Origin: Desulfatiglandales bacterium | Lineage (GTDB): Bacteria; Desulfobacterota; DSM-4660; Desulfatiglandales; HGW-15 | Length of the DNA: 64,000 nt | Direction of reading: 5' to 3' | Assembly: GCA_963667015.2 (NCBI GenBank) | Contig: CAXXJJ010000004.1 | Coordinates: 992,001 to 1,056,000 of the forward strand | Part shown: piece after piece, positions 50,745-61,150 of the stretch | Layout: every line of letters begins with the position of its first letter | Numbering within the stretch: position 1 is the first letter of the stretch | Program-made: the position numbers and the translations under genes | The notes under the pieces: model-generated | The model's input: the letters and a program-made list of their open reading frames with translations, nothing else | Told to the model about the DNA's origin: nothing | The model's database searches: none

Positions 50745-52113
50745 ATGCTTTTTCCTGCGCCTTGAGCCCTGCCCCCTGGGCCATTTTTTCTTTCAACCTT
50801 TCATACTCCTCTGGCGTATCAGCATCCATTCCGGCCAGAGGTGAATCAATATCCACATATTCCACCGGATGGCTTTTCAGAAGATCTCTTCCGCCCTGAT
50901 CTCCTTCTACTGTTTTCAATTCATCGAAAAGGCTCCGTTTAAAAAGTACAGGAGAGCCGTTTTTCCCGTTATATCGAGGAGCAATAACAGGTTTATCACT
51001 TTCATGAAAGTTCATTATCAGATTGTTTATAATCCCCGTATTTACCATCGGCTGGTCAGCCATGAAAAACATCGCTGCGTCAGATTCAGGATCTACTACC
51101 TCAAGCCCTGCCTTCATTGAACTGCTCTGACCTGTCTCCCATTCCATATTTACAACCTTTTTTATCTCAGGATACATACTTTCATCAATCAGGGGCAAAC
51201 CGGGTTGTGTAACAAGAATTATCTCATCTGCAATGGAATTATGAATATTTTCAATAACTATGTCTGCAAGGGTCTTATCCCCTATTTTAAGCTCCTGTTT
51301 TGGCCTGCCCATACGGCTTGATCCCCCGGCTGCAAGTATCACTGCAGAGACATATTTATCCCTGTAACATGGTTTAATAAATGTTTCATCTCTTCTATGG
51401 GAGGTAATAATGGTCTTTTTAACACCTCCATCCCAGAGACATCTAGAGATCTCCATGGCAATATTCTGCTCATCCCGAGAATCGGCCTTGTTTATAAGAG
51501 GGATAAAATCAGCACCTTCCGGAACTTCCTTCATCCCCCCCATGGGATGAAGCAGTGCCTTTGCTATTATCACAGGTGTAATTAATTCACCGGATCTCAT
51601 CCCTGTGATCTCTGAGACCTTGTGAGGCCTGTGCACCCATTCCTCTGTTAAGGGCTTATTAACCGCATCTGTACCCACAACAGGAATCACAATTGTGCTT
51701 GATGGAGGAACAACCGGTTCATGATCATCGGGGGCCTTAAAAGGAAGATTCCTTGAGCCATCCGCCTCAATAAGGATAACATCTGCAATCTTTATTAGAT
51801 CCTTTACCCATAATGGATCAATGCCCTCAAGCTTCACCTTTCCCATCCTGTCCGCAAGAACGATAAGGCTGTTCTCTTTTAAGGCTTCCTTAACTTCATT
51901 AATATCCCTGGTGAGTAAACAGGTATAGGATTCATCCGGCGGAAAGATATGTGTTGTTGTTGTAACTATAACCTTTAATCCGCTCTTAACAAGCTCATCC
52001 GCAACATGATACATGGTGGTAGTTTTTCCGCCGCCACCGACAAGCGACACGATATCACCGCGTTTAATTCCAAGTGCCCGGACAAGGGTTAAAGGGTTCT
52101 TATATGATTCCAT
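50743..52113 (-). CDS. yqeC: YqeC (selenium-dependent molybdenum hydroxylase accessory) fused to MocA/YgfJ nucleotidyltransferase
   Basis: VGGGGKTT, TTTTH, IEADGSR..PFKAP.DHEPV, then VILAAGGSSRMG, GQSSS, ADQP, GDQGGR, DADTPE. Confidence 0.88.
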   Translation of the reverse strand: MESYKNPLTLVRALGIKRGDIVSLVGGGGKTTTMYHVADELVKSGLKVIVTTTTHIFPPDESYTCLLTRDINEVKEALKENSLIVLADRMGKVKLEGIDPLWVKDLIKIADVILIEADGSRNLPFKAPDDHEPVVPPSSTIVIPVVGTDAVNKPLTEEWVHRPHKVSEITGMRSGELITPVIIAKALLHPMGGMKEVPEGADFIPLINKADSRDEQNIAMEISRCLWDGGVKKTIITSHRRDETFIKPCYRDKYVSAVILAAGGSSRMGRPKQELKIGDKTLADIVIENIHNSIADEIILVTQPGLPLIDESMYPEIKKVVNMEWETGQSSSMKAGLEVVDPESDAAMFFMADQPMVNTGIINNLIMNFHESDKPVIAPRYNGKNGSPVLFKRSLFDELKTVEGDQGGRDLLKSHPVEYVDIDSPLAGMDADTPEEYERLKEKMAQGAGLKAQEKA

Positions 52114-52727
52114 TTTTAATCACCTTCACTTTAAACCATCCGCCGTCGCCAGGGTTATGTCGGGACAGGCGAAATACACAAAAAGTTTTTATTTATTATC
52201 AATATATTATTATCATTTACCTGTAAATGTTCTTTTTTATTACCGTCATTGGTCAGGGTCGTCAGTAATCAAATATCTTGATACTTTAATCGGTTAGGAG
52301 TAGAATTTTAAACATATTCGGAATAACTTAGGCACAACCGATTGCCCGGTAAACAAGTTGCTTTATAATCAGCCCTGATCCACACAATCCGGTAAGCCTT
52401 GATGCTGGGTCTCTAAAAATTATACTGCTGCGCCCCGCTGTTTGAAAAATCAGAAAGAGGATTTCGATAAAAAACCGTAGGATTTTCAGAAACAGATTCC
52501 TCTGGCCTGACTATGTATCTCATTTAGTTTTAACCCTGGAAAAACCATCGTCTATTATTCTGTTCTATTGATTTTCTTAATTCCTTTGACCTCAACGATA
52601 CCCCTGAAATAGTACTGTTTTGTCTCTTGAACGAACCTGTACAACATCTATTCAGACACAGGTCAACTCTCTATTTGAAACACATGCGATCTTTTTAACG
52701 GTTAACCTTAATCAAAGGAGGATAGAA

Positions 52728-53210
52728 ATGGCAGAAATAAATATTTTGAAAAATTTAAAATTTTTCAATGTGTTTTCCGGTGAGCAGCTGGAAAGGCTTG
52801 CATGGATTTCCAAAACAAAACTTTTCAGAAAGGAAGAATATATATACCGGAAAGGTGACAGTGCTACTGAACTGTTCGTTGTCATTGATGGACTGGTCAG
52901 TTTGAGGGCGATTGATCCAAAAACTGATGTTGGTATAGCCTATGAAGAAAGAAGACAGGGAGATTTTTTTGGACCTGCTTCATTCATGACATCAAGGACA
53001 TACAGTTTATCAGCTGTATGCATTACAAACGCAGAAGTTCTGGCTATTGATGCCGGACAATTATCGGGCCTATGTGAGGAGGATACCAGCCTGGGATATA
53101 AATTCATGAAGGAAATCGCTGAGATTTTTTTCGAGCGCTATATTACATCCAAGCGGCAAATCTGTCAGATGGTTAATACACCGACAATTATCACTGCGCT
53201 CCCGGGATAG
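52728..53210 (+). CDS. Cyclic-nucleotide-binding domain protein (no HTH)
   Basis: IYRKGDSATELFVVIDGLV...GDFFG...YSLSAVC. ATG 52728 follows AGGAGG. Confidence 0.85.
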   Translation: MAEINILKNLKFFNVFSGEQLERLAWISKTKLFRKEEYIYRKGDSATELFVVIDGLVSLRAIDPKTDVGIAYEERRQGDFFGPASFMTSRTYSLSAVCITNAEVLAIDAGQLSGLCEEDTSLGYKFMKEIAEIFFERYITSKRQICQMVNTPTIITALPG

Positions 53211-53447
53211 ATGATGAAACTGGAGCATCCTTTAAAGAAAAAGGGACGTACTGCAAACTATCGGTTGAGATAGGATATTTTGATTTACGTCCCTCCCCTT
53301 CTGCCTGAAAAACCAACCTTGTCTCCTGTTTTTACAGACTGGAAAAAAGTATTACATGCCACGCTTTGCCATTGATTCCAGCCGAAACATCTTTAATAAA
53401 TAACCCATTTATATCAGCATGATACAGAAAATCATCAACACAGGCAA

Positions 53448-53463
53448 TGGCATGTACCTTGCT
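53448..53463 (+). promoter_or_regulatory. Sigma-54 promoter upstream of the CoA-transferase
   Basis: TGGCATGTACCTTGCT, close to the consensus TGGCAC-N5-TTGC. Confidence 0.7.
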
Positions 53464-53536
53464 CCATTATAATTTACAGTCTCTGATTTTCAGTAATAAT
53501 CCATACATATGTTTTCAAATAAACAGGGAGGATAAC

Positions 53537-55039
53537 ATGAAAATTGAGGGTTACCCGGTAATTTCAAAACAAGAGGTGCTTGACCTTATAAAAGACGGAG
53601 ATACTGTTGCATTTAGCGGATTCAGTGCGGCCGGAGCAGCCAAGGCTGTTCCTGTCATGCTGGCCGAACATGCAAAGGAAGAACATCGTAACGGACGCAA
53701 GTTCAGTATAAGGGTACTGTCCGGAGCCTCCAGCGGAGATTATCTTGATAATGATCTGCCCGCAGCTAATGCCATTTCATGGCGGGCGCCTTACCAGGGA
53801 GGAAAGATACTCAGGGAACAGATTAACCGCCAGGAAGTGGAATATGTGGATATGCACCTGTCCCATCTGGCACAGACCGTGGGAGCGGGTTTTTTCGGCA
53901 AAATAGATGTTGCTGTGGTGGAGGCCACCCAGATCACATCAGACGGCAGGGTCTACTTTTCCACGTCCATCGGTGCATCCCCTGCCTGGCTGACCTTTGC
54001 GGAAAAGGTAATAATTGAACTCAATCATTACCATTCCCCCCGCCTGGGCGAGCTTGCAGATATTTTTACCATCCCTCCTCCGCCAAGACGCAACCCGATA
54101 AATGTATATACACCTCTGACCAAAATCGGGTTCCCATATGCCTGTGTGGACCCTAAAAAAGTGTCGGGCATTATTGAAAACAATGAACCGGATCAGGTAG
54201 AGGCCTTCAGCCAGGAGGACGAAAACAGCCGTAAAATAGCTGATCACGTTATTGAATTTCTTTTAAAAGAGAAATCTGCAGGCCGCATTCCGCCCGAGTT
54301 ATTTCCATTTCAGGCCGGGGTGGGCAATACGGCCAATGCCGTACTGGCAGGTCTGGGGCGCCACCCGGATATCCCGCCATTTTACATGTACTCTGAAGTG
54401 TTCCAGGATTCGATGAAGGATCTGATTGATGCGGGAAAGATTCTGGGTGCAAGCGCCACATCCCTGACCATTGTACCGGAGAAACTCAAGCAAATTGAAC
54501 GTGACATGGATTTTTACAACCGAAAGATTGTACTCCGGCCTCAGGAAATTACCAACCACCCGGGTATTATCCGCCGACTGGGAGTAATCGCCATGAATAC
54601 GGCTATTGAAATGGATATTTACGGGAACGTGAATTCTTCCCACGTGTGGGGAACTCATGTCATAAACGGGGTTGGAGGAAGCGGCGAGTTTACCCGGAAC
54701 AGTCATTTGTCCATTTTTATGACCCCGTCCATTGCAAAGCACGGAAAAATCTCCGCAGTGGTACCCATGGTCCCACATGTAGACAACAATGAACATTCGG
54801 TCCAGGTGGTGGTAACTGAACAGGGACTGGCTGATTTGAGAGGCCTTGGGCCCCTGGAGCGTGCGGACAGGATTATCAATTCATGTGCCCATCCGGCATA
54901 CCGCCCATACTTAAAGGATTATATTGCACGGCAAAAAAATAACGGCCATATATGTCATGATCTTAACCGCTGTTTTGAGCTTCATCTCAATTTCATGAAA
55001 TATGGATCCATGCTTCCTGAGGGGCAACTAAAAGGGTAA
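53537..55039 (+). CDS. Acetyl-CoA hydrolase / succinyl-CoA:acetate CoA-transferase family protein
   Basis: FSGFSAAG, DMHLSH, QAGVGN, YSEVFQD, RPQEITNHP, NGVGGSG, VTEQGLADLRG. ATG 53537 follows GGAGG. Confidence 0.93.
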   Translation: MKIEGYPVISKQEVLDLIKDGDTVAFSGFSAAGAAKAVPVMLAEHAKEEHRNGRKFSIRVLSGASSGDYLDNDLPAANAISWRAPYQGGKILREQINRQEVEYVDMHLSHLAQTVGAGFFGKIDVAVVEATQITSDGRVYFSTSIGASPAWLTFAEKVIIELNHYHSPRLGELADIFTIPPPPRRNPINVYTPLTKIGFPYACVDPKKVSGIIENNEPDQVEAFSQEDENSRKIADHVIEFLLKEKSAGRIPPELFPFQAGVGNTANAVLAGLGRHPDIPPFYMYSEVFQDSMKDLIDAGKILGASATSLTIVPEKLKQIERDMDFYNRKIVLRPQEITNHPGIIRRLGVIAMNTAIEMDIYGNVNSSHVWGTHVINGVGGSGEFTRNSHLSIFMTPSIAKHGKISAVVPMVPHVDNNEHSVQVVVTEQGLADLRGLGPLERADRIINSCAHPAYRPYLKDYIARQKNNGHICHDLNRCFELHLNFMKYGSMLPEGQLKG

Positions 55040-55255
55040 TCCGGGACATCCTTCTACACCCTTATTTATCCTTTAAATATTCCGGATAATGTTCTTTCAT
55101 GCAGTCCGGGCCTTTTCAAGCCCCCGCCTGGCCTCACGCGCCTTTTCCAGAATTTGATATTGCTGCCTTCCTGATCTTTTAAACTGCAGTGACAGGAAGA
55201 TTCCAAAGATGTTCGCAGAGATATAACTGCCCAGTATCGGCAATGTCTCTTTTTC

Positions 55256-55495
55256 GTTCCATGGTATAGAATTTTTAACAATAAAGAGGTGCTTATCGCT
55301 ATAAATACGGATTACAATAAACCTAAAAGTGCATGGGTTACCGTAGATAATGGTTTACATTCTGCCGGAGATATCATGACCTGTATTTACTCTACAGATT
55401 CACTGCAGATAAATTCCAGTGTAAATATAGAAGATCGAAACGGAAAAGCCATTTACATCACTGTGCCGGCTACCGGATTCGTTATATTTGAATAG
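55256..55495 (+). pseudogene. 3' remnant resembling the C-terminal domain of a GH13 alpha-amylase-like gene
   Basis: VPWYRIFNNKEVLIAINTD...AWVTVD...NGKAIYITVPATGFVIFE, with no RBS or catalytic domain upstream. The resemblance is from memory. Confidence 0.5.
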
Positions 55496-55802
55496 ATGTA
55501 TTATCTATTTGACAATAAAAAAGGTTCTCCTGGAGAAGGCAAAATGTTAAAGTTCTTGAGTATTATTCTGTTAAGTTTTATAATTATGAATTAGCGTCAA
55601 TTCATAATCCATCAGTTGAACTTTCCGAAATTTCAGAAAACAGACAGCAGGATTCCAGAAATATCATATACGCTTTGCTCAGTTCTATTATGAAATGCTC
55701 AGAGATGAAGTAAACATTTTCACAGACAATTGATGCCATTTTTTTTCTTAGAAGTTGTCGAAAATAGATAATTCAGAATAAACTATTATTAGAGGAGGCA
55801 CC

Positions 55803-58280
55803 ATGACAAATAATATTAAAGACTTCAGGGAAAAGTTAAATGAATATACGCCTGAAAATATGGATGAAAAACTTCCGTTGCTGGTAAACCTTCTTAACAG
55901 GCATTATAAAGCACGCGCAGAGGTTGATATTGAAAGAGCCTACTATATAACGAAATATCTTAAAAAAGCGGATAATGGAAATGAGCCTGTCCCGATAAAA
56001 AGAGCAAACGCTGTAAAAAACTATCTTTCAAAAAGAAAAGTGTTTTTCCACGATAATAATATGCTTGGCGGAGCAACAACATCAAAAGAAATTGGTGCGC
56101 CTCTTTACCCTGAATTTCTCGGGCTGGCAATCTGGCCTGAGCTTGACACAATAAGCACAAGAGCAGCCAATCCTCAGTTTTTAAACGAAAATGATGCTGC
56201 CACTCTTAACTTTGATATATTTCCTTACTGGATGGATAAAACCATTTTAGAACTTGTAAGGAAAGAAGCACCCAGAGAACAGAGTCTTCTTGAGAAAATG
56301 GTGCTTTTAACTGTCTCAAAATCTGCAACAATATCCCACACAACACCATGTTATGAAATAGTGATAAAAAAAGGAATAAACGGCATTATTAAGGAGGCAA
56401 AGGACAAAAAGCAGGGCACAAACGATAAAGATAAAATCATATTTTATGATTCAGTAATTGCTGCAATGGAAGGTGTTTTATCCTATGCAGCCAATATTTC
56501 AAAAACTGCATATGAACTTGCCGGAATTGAGCCAAATAGTGAACGCAGGAAAAACCTGACAGATATTGCTGAAATTTGCGCAAATGTTCCTGCAAACCCT
56601 GCATCGAGTTATCGCGAAGCTGTAAACTGTTTGTGGATATGCCAGGTAGCTGTTTTTGCCGAAAATTCAAACATGGCAATAAACCCCGGAAGGATTGATC
56701 AAATCCTTTATCCATATTTCATCAAAGATTATGAGTCTAATAAGCTATCAATTGAGGAAGCATTAAAAATCACCGGGTCACTGTGGTTCAAGCTTGCTGA
56801 TAATGTAAACCTTGTACCTGAAGCAGCGGAACGTTTGTTTGGAGGGGCGGGTGCTGTTCCTGCAGTAACATTAGGTGGAGTTGACAAAAATGGAAATGAT
56901 GCGGTTAACGAACTGACATACCTGTGTCTCAAGGTAACAGAGCTTTTACCCATACGCGACCCTAACGTGAATGCAAGGTATCTGGAAGGAACAAATTCAA
57001 AAGAATACAGAGATGAAGTAAGCAGGGTTATCTTAAAAACAAAGGCTATCCCGGCTTTTTTCAATGATAATGAAAACATTAAGACTCTTGTAAACCAGGG
57101 TGTGTCAATTGAACATGCCAGGGATTATGCTGTCATTGGATGCGTGGAGCTTGGGAGCGCCGGCAGGGATTACAGCTCAAGCTCATCAATCTTTATGATG
57201 CTCTATACTATCCTTTATATGACCCTGCATAACGGGAAGACTCCTGTTACAGGTAATGAACAGATCGGGGCAAGGACAGGGGATGTGAGCAGTTTTAAAA
57301 CAATTGATGATTTTTTTGATGCCTATGAAAAACAGTATGAACACATGGCTGATCTGGCTGTTTATCTTAATAATCTTTATGGCAAGAAGCATCAGGAAAA
57401 TCTTCCAACACCTTTGCTTTCGGCTTTTTTTGAAGGGCCAATGGACAAAGGCAGAGATTTAATATTTGGCGGAGCAACATACAATTCTTCAGGTATAACC
57501 CACATAGGTTTTGCAGATGTTTGTGACTCAATTAATGCCATTGAACATATTTGCTTTGACAGAAGTTCTGAAATTAAAATGACTCTTAGTCAATTAGTTG
57601 ATGCAGTTGATAATAATTTTGAAGGATATAAAGAACTGCAGGCTTATATCCGAAATCGCGCGCCTAAATATGGTACAGAAAATGAGATGGCGATAAAAAA
57701 TTCAAGAAAGTTAATTAACCTCCATTACAGGATTTTTAATGAAAAACAGAATTATCGTGGGGGTAATCACAGGCTGGCATACTGGACAATGACAAATCAT
57801 GCAGGCTATGGAAGTGTTGCAAAGGCTCTGCCAAACGGCAGGAAAGCAAAATGCATATTATCAAGCGGCATAACTCCTGTTTCACAAATTAACACTCAAC
57901 TGACAACTGCACTTAACTCTGTTGCATGCCTTAACAGTGAATGTATACCCGGGGCATATGCATTAAACATGAAATATACACCAATAGATATAACAGATGA
58001 AACAGTGGATAAATTTGGCAGTGTTGTCAGTGGATATTTTAATAATGGTGGACAGCAGGTTCAGTTTAATATTCGAAGTTACGAGGAACTGCTTGATGCA
58101 AAAGCAAACCCTGAAAAATATCCAAGGTTACTGGTCAGGGTATCCGGATATTCTGCAAATTTTAATTCGCTAAATGATGCAATGAAAGATGAGTTGATCA
58201 CGCGAAGCCAATATAACCTTTCATCAGGGACATTGGTCGAGCTTCAACCTTTGCCAAAATCTTTTGTTGATCCTGATTAA
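55803..58280 (+). CDS. Glycyl-radical enzyme (PFL2/GRE family), substrate unknown
   Basis: Cys loop VIGCVEL, Gly loop LVRVSGYS, GRIDQILYPY, LPNGRKA, QVQFN. Confidence 0.92.
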   Translation: MTNNIKDFREKLNEYTPENMDEKLPLLVNLLNRHYKARAEVDIERAYYITKYLKKADNGNEPVPIKRANAVKNYLSKRKVFFHDNNMLGGATTSKEIGAPLYPEFLGLAIWPELDTISTRAANPQFLNENDAATLNFDIFPYWMDKTILELVRKEAPREQSLLEKMVLLTVSKSATISHTTPCYEIVIKKGINGIIKEAKDKKQGTNDKDKIIFYDSVIAAMEGVLSYAANISKTAYELAGIEPNSERRKNLTDIAEICANVPANPASSYREAVNCLWICQVAVFAENSNMAINPGRIDQILYPYFIKDYESNKLSIEEALKITGSLWFKLADNVNLVPEAAERLFGGAGAVPAVTLGGVDKNGNDAVNELTYLCLKVTELLPIRDPNVNARYLEGTNSKEYRDEVSRVILKTKAIPAFFNDNENIKTLVNQGVSIEHARDYAVIGCVELGSAGRDYSSSSSIFMMLYTILYMTLHNGKTPVTGNEQIGARTGDVSSFKTIDDFFDAYEKQYEHMADLAVYLNNLYGKKHQENLPTPLLSAFFEGPMDKGRDLIFGGATYNSSGITHIGFADVCDSINAIEHICFDRSSEIKMTLSQLVDAVDNNFEGYKELQAYIRNRAPKYGTENEMAIKNSRKLINLHYRIFNEKQNYRGGNHRLAYWTMTNHAGYGSVAKALPNGRKAKCILSSGITPVSQINTQLTTALNSVACLNSECIPGAYALNMKYTPIDITDETVDKFGSVVSGYFNNGGQQVQFNIRSYEELLDAKANPEKYPRLLVRVSGYSANFNSLNDAMKDELITRSQYNLSSGTLVELQPLPKSFVDPD

Positions 58281-58310
58281 TTTTATTTACAATACAAGTA
58301 GGAGATAAAA

Positions 58311-58811
58311 ATGAAATTACTTTCTAATGATATCATGCCTGCAATAGGGAAACTAAACAGAGATAACAAGCTTGAGTTTGTTAAAAGGCTTCTTATCGAA
58401 GAAATGACAAGTGATAAAATGGATTCACTTTTAGAATTATTACTTGATGCAATGAAATTAGTCTTTGTTTTTAACGGGGAATTCAGAAAGAACATAAATA
58501 CATTTAGTGCCAGGTATACATTCAGGATTGGCATCAATGGAACCGGTGCCACTATAATTTTCAAACCGATCAAGGCAATAAGGTACGGCAGGATGATAGT
58601 AGAAAATGAGCCCCTTGATAATGCTGATGTATCAGTTAATTTTGAAAGCGGCAAAGCAATGGCTGAATTTCTTTTTTCTCCTAATCCTGACATATTCGGA
58701 GCATTGCTGGATAATAAATTGTCATTCAGCGGGAACCTGAACTATCTTTTTAAGTTTGCGTACATGGCAAAACATTTGCCAAAAGCACTTGGCATTCCGC
58801 TCCCGACATGA
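58311..58811 (+). CDS. SCP2 (sterol carrier)-like domain protein
   Basis: ADVSVNF...DIFGALLDNKLSFSGNL resembles the SCP2 C-terminal pattern. Translationally coupled to the activase (ATGA). Confidence 0.55.
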   Translation: MKLLSNDIMPAIGKLNRDNKLEFVKRLLIEEMTSDKMDSLLELLLDAMKLVFVFNGEFRKNINTFSARYTFRIGINGTGATIIFKPIKAIRYGRMIVENEPLDNADVSVNFESGKAMAEFLFSPNPDIFGALLDNKLSFSGNLNYLFKFAYMAKHLPKALGIPLPT

Positions 58812-59620
58812 AACCTGATAACCCGTTAATTTTTGATATTGCAAAAGGTTCTTTTGTTGACGGTGCGGGAATAAGGACTGTAATTTTTTTTAAAGGCTGT
58901 CCTTTGCGCTGTCAATGGTGTCAGAATCCTGAATCACAAAATCCTGAACCTGAAATACTGCATTTTCCTGAAAAGTGTATTGAATGCGGCAATTGTTCGA
59001 ATGGTAAGAGCTGCTATACGGATGCAAGAAAGACGATCGGCAGATATTATTCTCCTGAAGAATTAATAAAAATAATATTGCAGGATAAAGCATATTATGA
59101 AGCTTCAGAGGGAGGTGTAACGTTATCCGGAGGTGAACCTGCTTCTTTTCCGAAATATCTTAACAGAGTATTGCCTGAACTGAAAAATAAAAAAATAAAT
59201 ATAGCGATTCAAACAAGCGGATTTTTTGATTACACATTATTTGAAACATATATTCTTCCATACATTGATACGGTTTTTTATGACATAAAAATATTAGATC
59301 CTGAGAAGCATAAAAAATATACAGGCGTATCAAACGAAATAATCATTGAAAATTTTTTAAAGCTTTTAGGTTCCGGAATAGAAATAAACCCAAGAGTTCC
59401 ACTTGTTCCCAATATTACAGCGACAAAAGAAAATCTTGCAGAAATTTCCAATTTTTTAAGGAATAATAACATCAGAAAGTGTAAATTATTGCCTTACAAT
59501 ACAGCAGGCCTTTCGAAATTAAAAAGGCTTGGAAGAAAAATCCCCAAAGATATCGCTGAATTTCCTATGTCTGCTGAAGAAGAAATAAAATGGCAAAAAA
59601 TGTTTCTTAGCTCAAAATAA
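58808..59620 (+). CDS. Glycyl-radical enzyme activating enzyme (radical SAM)
   Basis: DGAGIRTVIFFKGCPLRCQWCQNPE, GGVTLSGGEP, and a short CxxCxxC...C insert. Confidence 0.93.
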   Translation: MKPDNPLIFDIAKGSFVDGAGIRTVIFFKGCPLRCQWCQNPESQNPEPEILHFPEKCIECGNCSNGKSCYTDARKTIGRYYSPEELIKIILQDKAYYEASEGGVTLSGGEPASFPKYLNRVLPELKNKKINIAIQTSGFFDYTLFETYILPYIDTVFYDIKILDPEKHKKYTGVSNEIIIENFLKLLGSGIEINPRVPLVPNITATKENLAEISNFLRNNNIRKCKLLPYNTAGLSKLKRLGRKIPKDIAEFPMSAEEEIKWQKMFLSSK

Positions 59621-59640
59621 CATATCAAGGAGGAATTAAC

Positions 59641-60657
59641 ATGGATACTGAATTTCATTATTACATGACGGGATTAATAGCAAACGCAGCTGGTTTCAGT
59701 GAAGATGAAGCGAAGATTATAGCGACTTCATCGGAATACGTGGATGAAAATGATGTATGTCTGTCAATTGAGGATCGTTCAAGTAAAAAAGTGTATCAAA
59801 ACTATATTTCGCAGACGATGAATATTCTTAAGCCGAAACAGAAATTACTGAGAATATATCCCGTATTTCATTTTGTTCCTGGAGATCCGATGAGTGAAAG
59901 TGCGTTACGCTGCGATGGAAAGATGCATTTATTAAATACCACACCTAACAATGAAATAGCCACGAAGATGTTTGATCTGGCTTTCAAGTCATCAGCAGAT
60001 ACTCGACTCTATCGCATAGGAATAGCTACCCATGCATATGCTGATACCTGGGCGCATCAAAATTTCGTAGGATGGTATGATTTTTATAATAATATTTCTT
60101 TAGATTTAAAACCAGATATTGGACATGCTAATGCTGAGCATCATCCCGATTGGCCCGCGCACCGATGGGAGGATGCGCGCCTGGTTAATGACGAAATCGA
60201 CAATACTGATCGATTCCTTTCAGCCGCAAATAAAATTTATAATAAATATATGAATTATAATAAACAAAAAGGTCGAAAGGCGAATACCAGCTGGAATAAA
60301 CTTTCAAGTCAATTGATCAAAGCCATGGGGCCTTCATTCTCTGGAAGCAAAAACTATTATCACGAGGATCGTTTAAATAATTACAGGGACCTGGCACCGT
60401 GGTTGGGCGACTTTGATGAATCAGACTGGTTCAATGAAGCAATTGATATAAAAGTTAGGGGTTTAAAGGATTCAGAAAGCGGTTTGCTTTCTATGATCAC
60501 AATGCTACACGATAAGCTTTACTGGAAAGAAGAAACAGATAAGGAAAAGACGAATTGGTATAAGTTCCAAGAAGCAGTAAAAGAGCATCAGAAAGAGGCA
60601 ATGAAGGATCTTGATAAATTGTTTGCCAAAATGAATATTAACCTTCATACGGTCTAA
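59641..60657 (+). CDS. DUF6765-like protein (possible Zn-dependent phospholipase C/P1-nuclease-like fold)
   Basis: MDTEFHYY..., SEYVD, FHFVPG, GIATHAYADTWAHQNF, IGHA. Confidence 0.65.
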   Translation: MDTEFHYYMTGLIANAAGFSEDEAKIIATSSEYVDENDVCLSIEDRSSKKVYQNYISQTMNILKPKQKLLRIYPVFHFVPGDPMSESALRCDGKMHLLNTTPNNEIATKMFDLAFKSSADTRLYRIGIATHAYADTWAHQNFVGWYDFYNNISLDLKPDIGHANAEHHPDWPAHRWEDARLVNDEIDNTDRFLSAANKIYNKYMNYNKQKGRKANTSWNKLSSQLIKAMGPSFSGSKNYYHEDRLNNYRDLAPWLGDFDESDWFNEAIDIKVRGLKDSESGLLSMITMLHDKLYWKEETDKEKTNWYKFQEAVKEHQKEAMKDLDKLFAKMNINLHTV

Positions 60658-60708
60658 TTCAGTTGCTCATCAGTAGTAAAAGCAGAAAAGATGAAGCTCC
60701 CTAAAATA

Positions 60709-60763
60709 AATGACCTGCCTCGCTGCAAGCAGCGGGGCATTAGACCCTGCACTTCACAATAAA
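60709..60763. repeat. 55-bp MITE / IS200-IS605-end-like element, copy 2
   Basis: Hairpin gcctcgctgc-aa-gcagcggggc. Homologous to 8168-8222. Confidence 0.6.
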
Positions 60764-61150
60764 CAAACCAATGCCCCTGAAACCTTTGCCCCTTCATTCC
60801 AACTAATTGGAAAAAGATTTATTTTTAATGATATCTATTTTTAATATCACGATTAAAGACAGGATAATATGACTCATATAATCAATGTTTAGAACTTACC
60901 TTCAGGCTTGAGCATTTTTTCAAGTAGATATCCAGACAAATTTTTTTGTGGAGAACTGAAATGGGATATTTTATAGTAGAAATATTTAAATAAAACTATT
61001 ATTGTCGCAAAAAATGTTTTCCACATTATATATTAAAGTTTATATCTGGTTCAGATTCCTGAAGAGAATTATGAATAAAATATAGCCACCTGATCAACAA
61101 GATCAATCAGGCAGGTTATTGATGATGTTATTGGATAAAGGAGTATTGTC

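Noticed and set aside
52330..52346. ggcacaaccgattgc as a sigma-54 promoter
   Set aside because: GG-to-GC spacing is 11 rather than the required 10.
55803..58280. Labelling the GRE as pflB, cutC or bssA/assA
   Set aside because: No adjacent CC pair, no microcompartment or small-subunit genes, and diagnostic residues could not be confirmed by eye.
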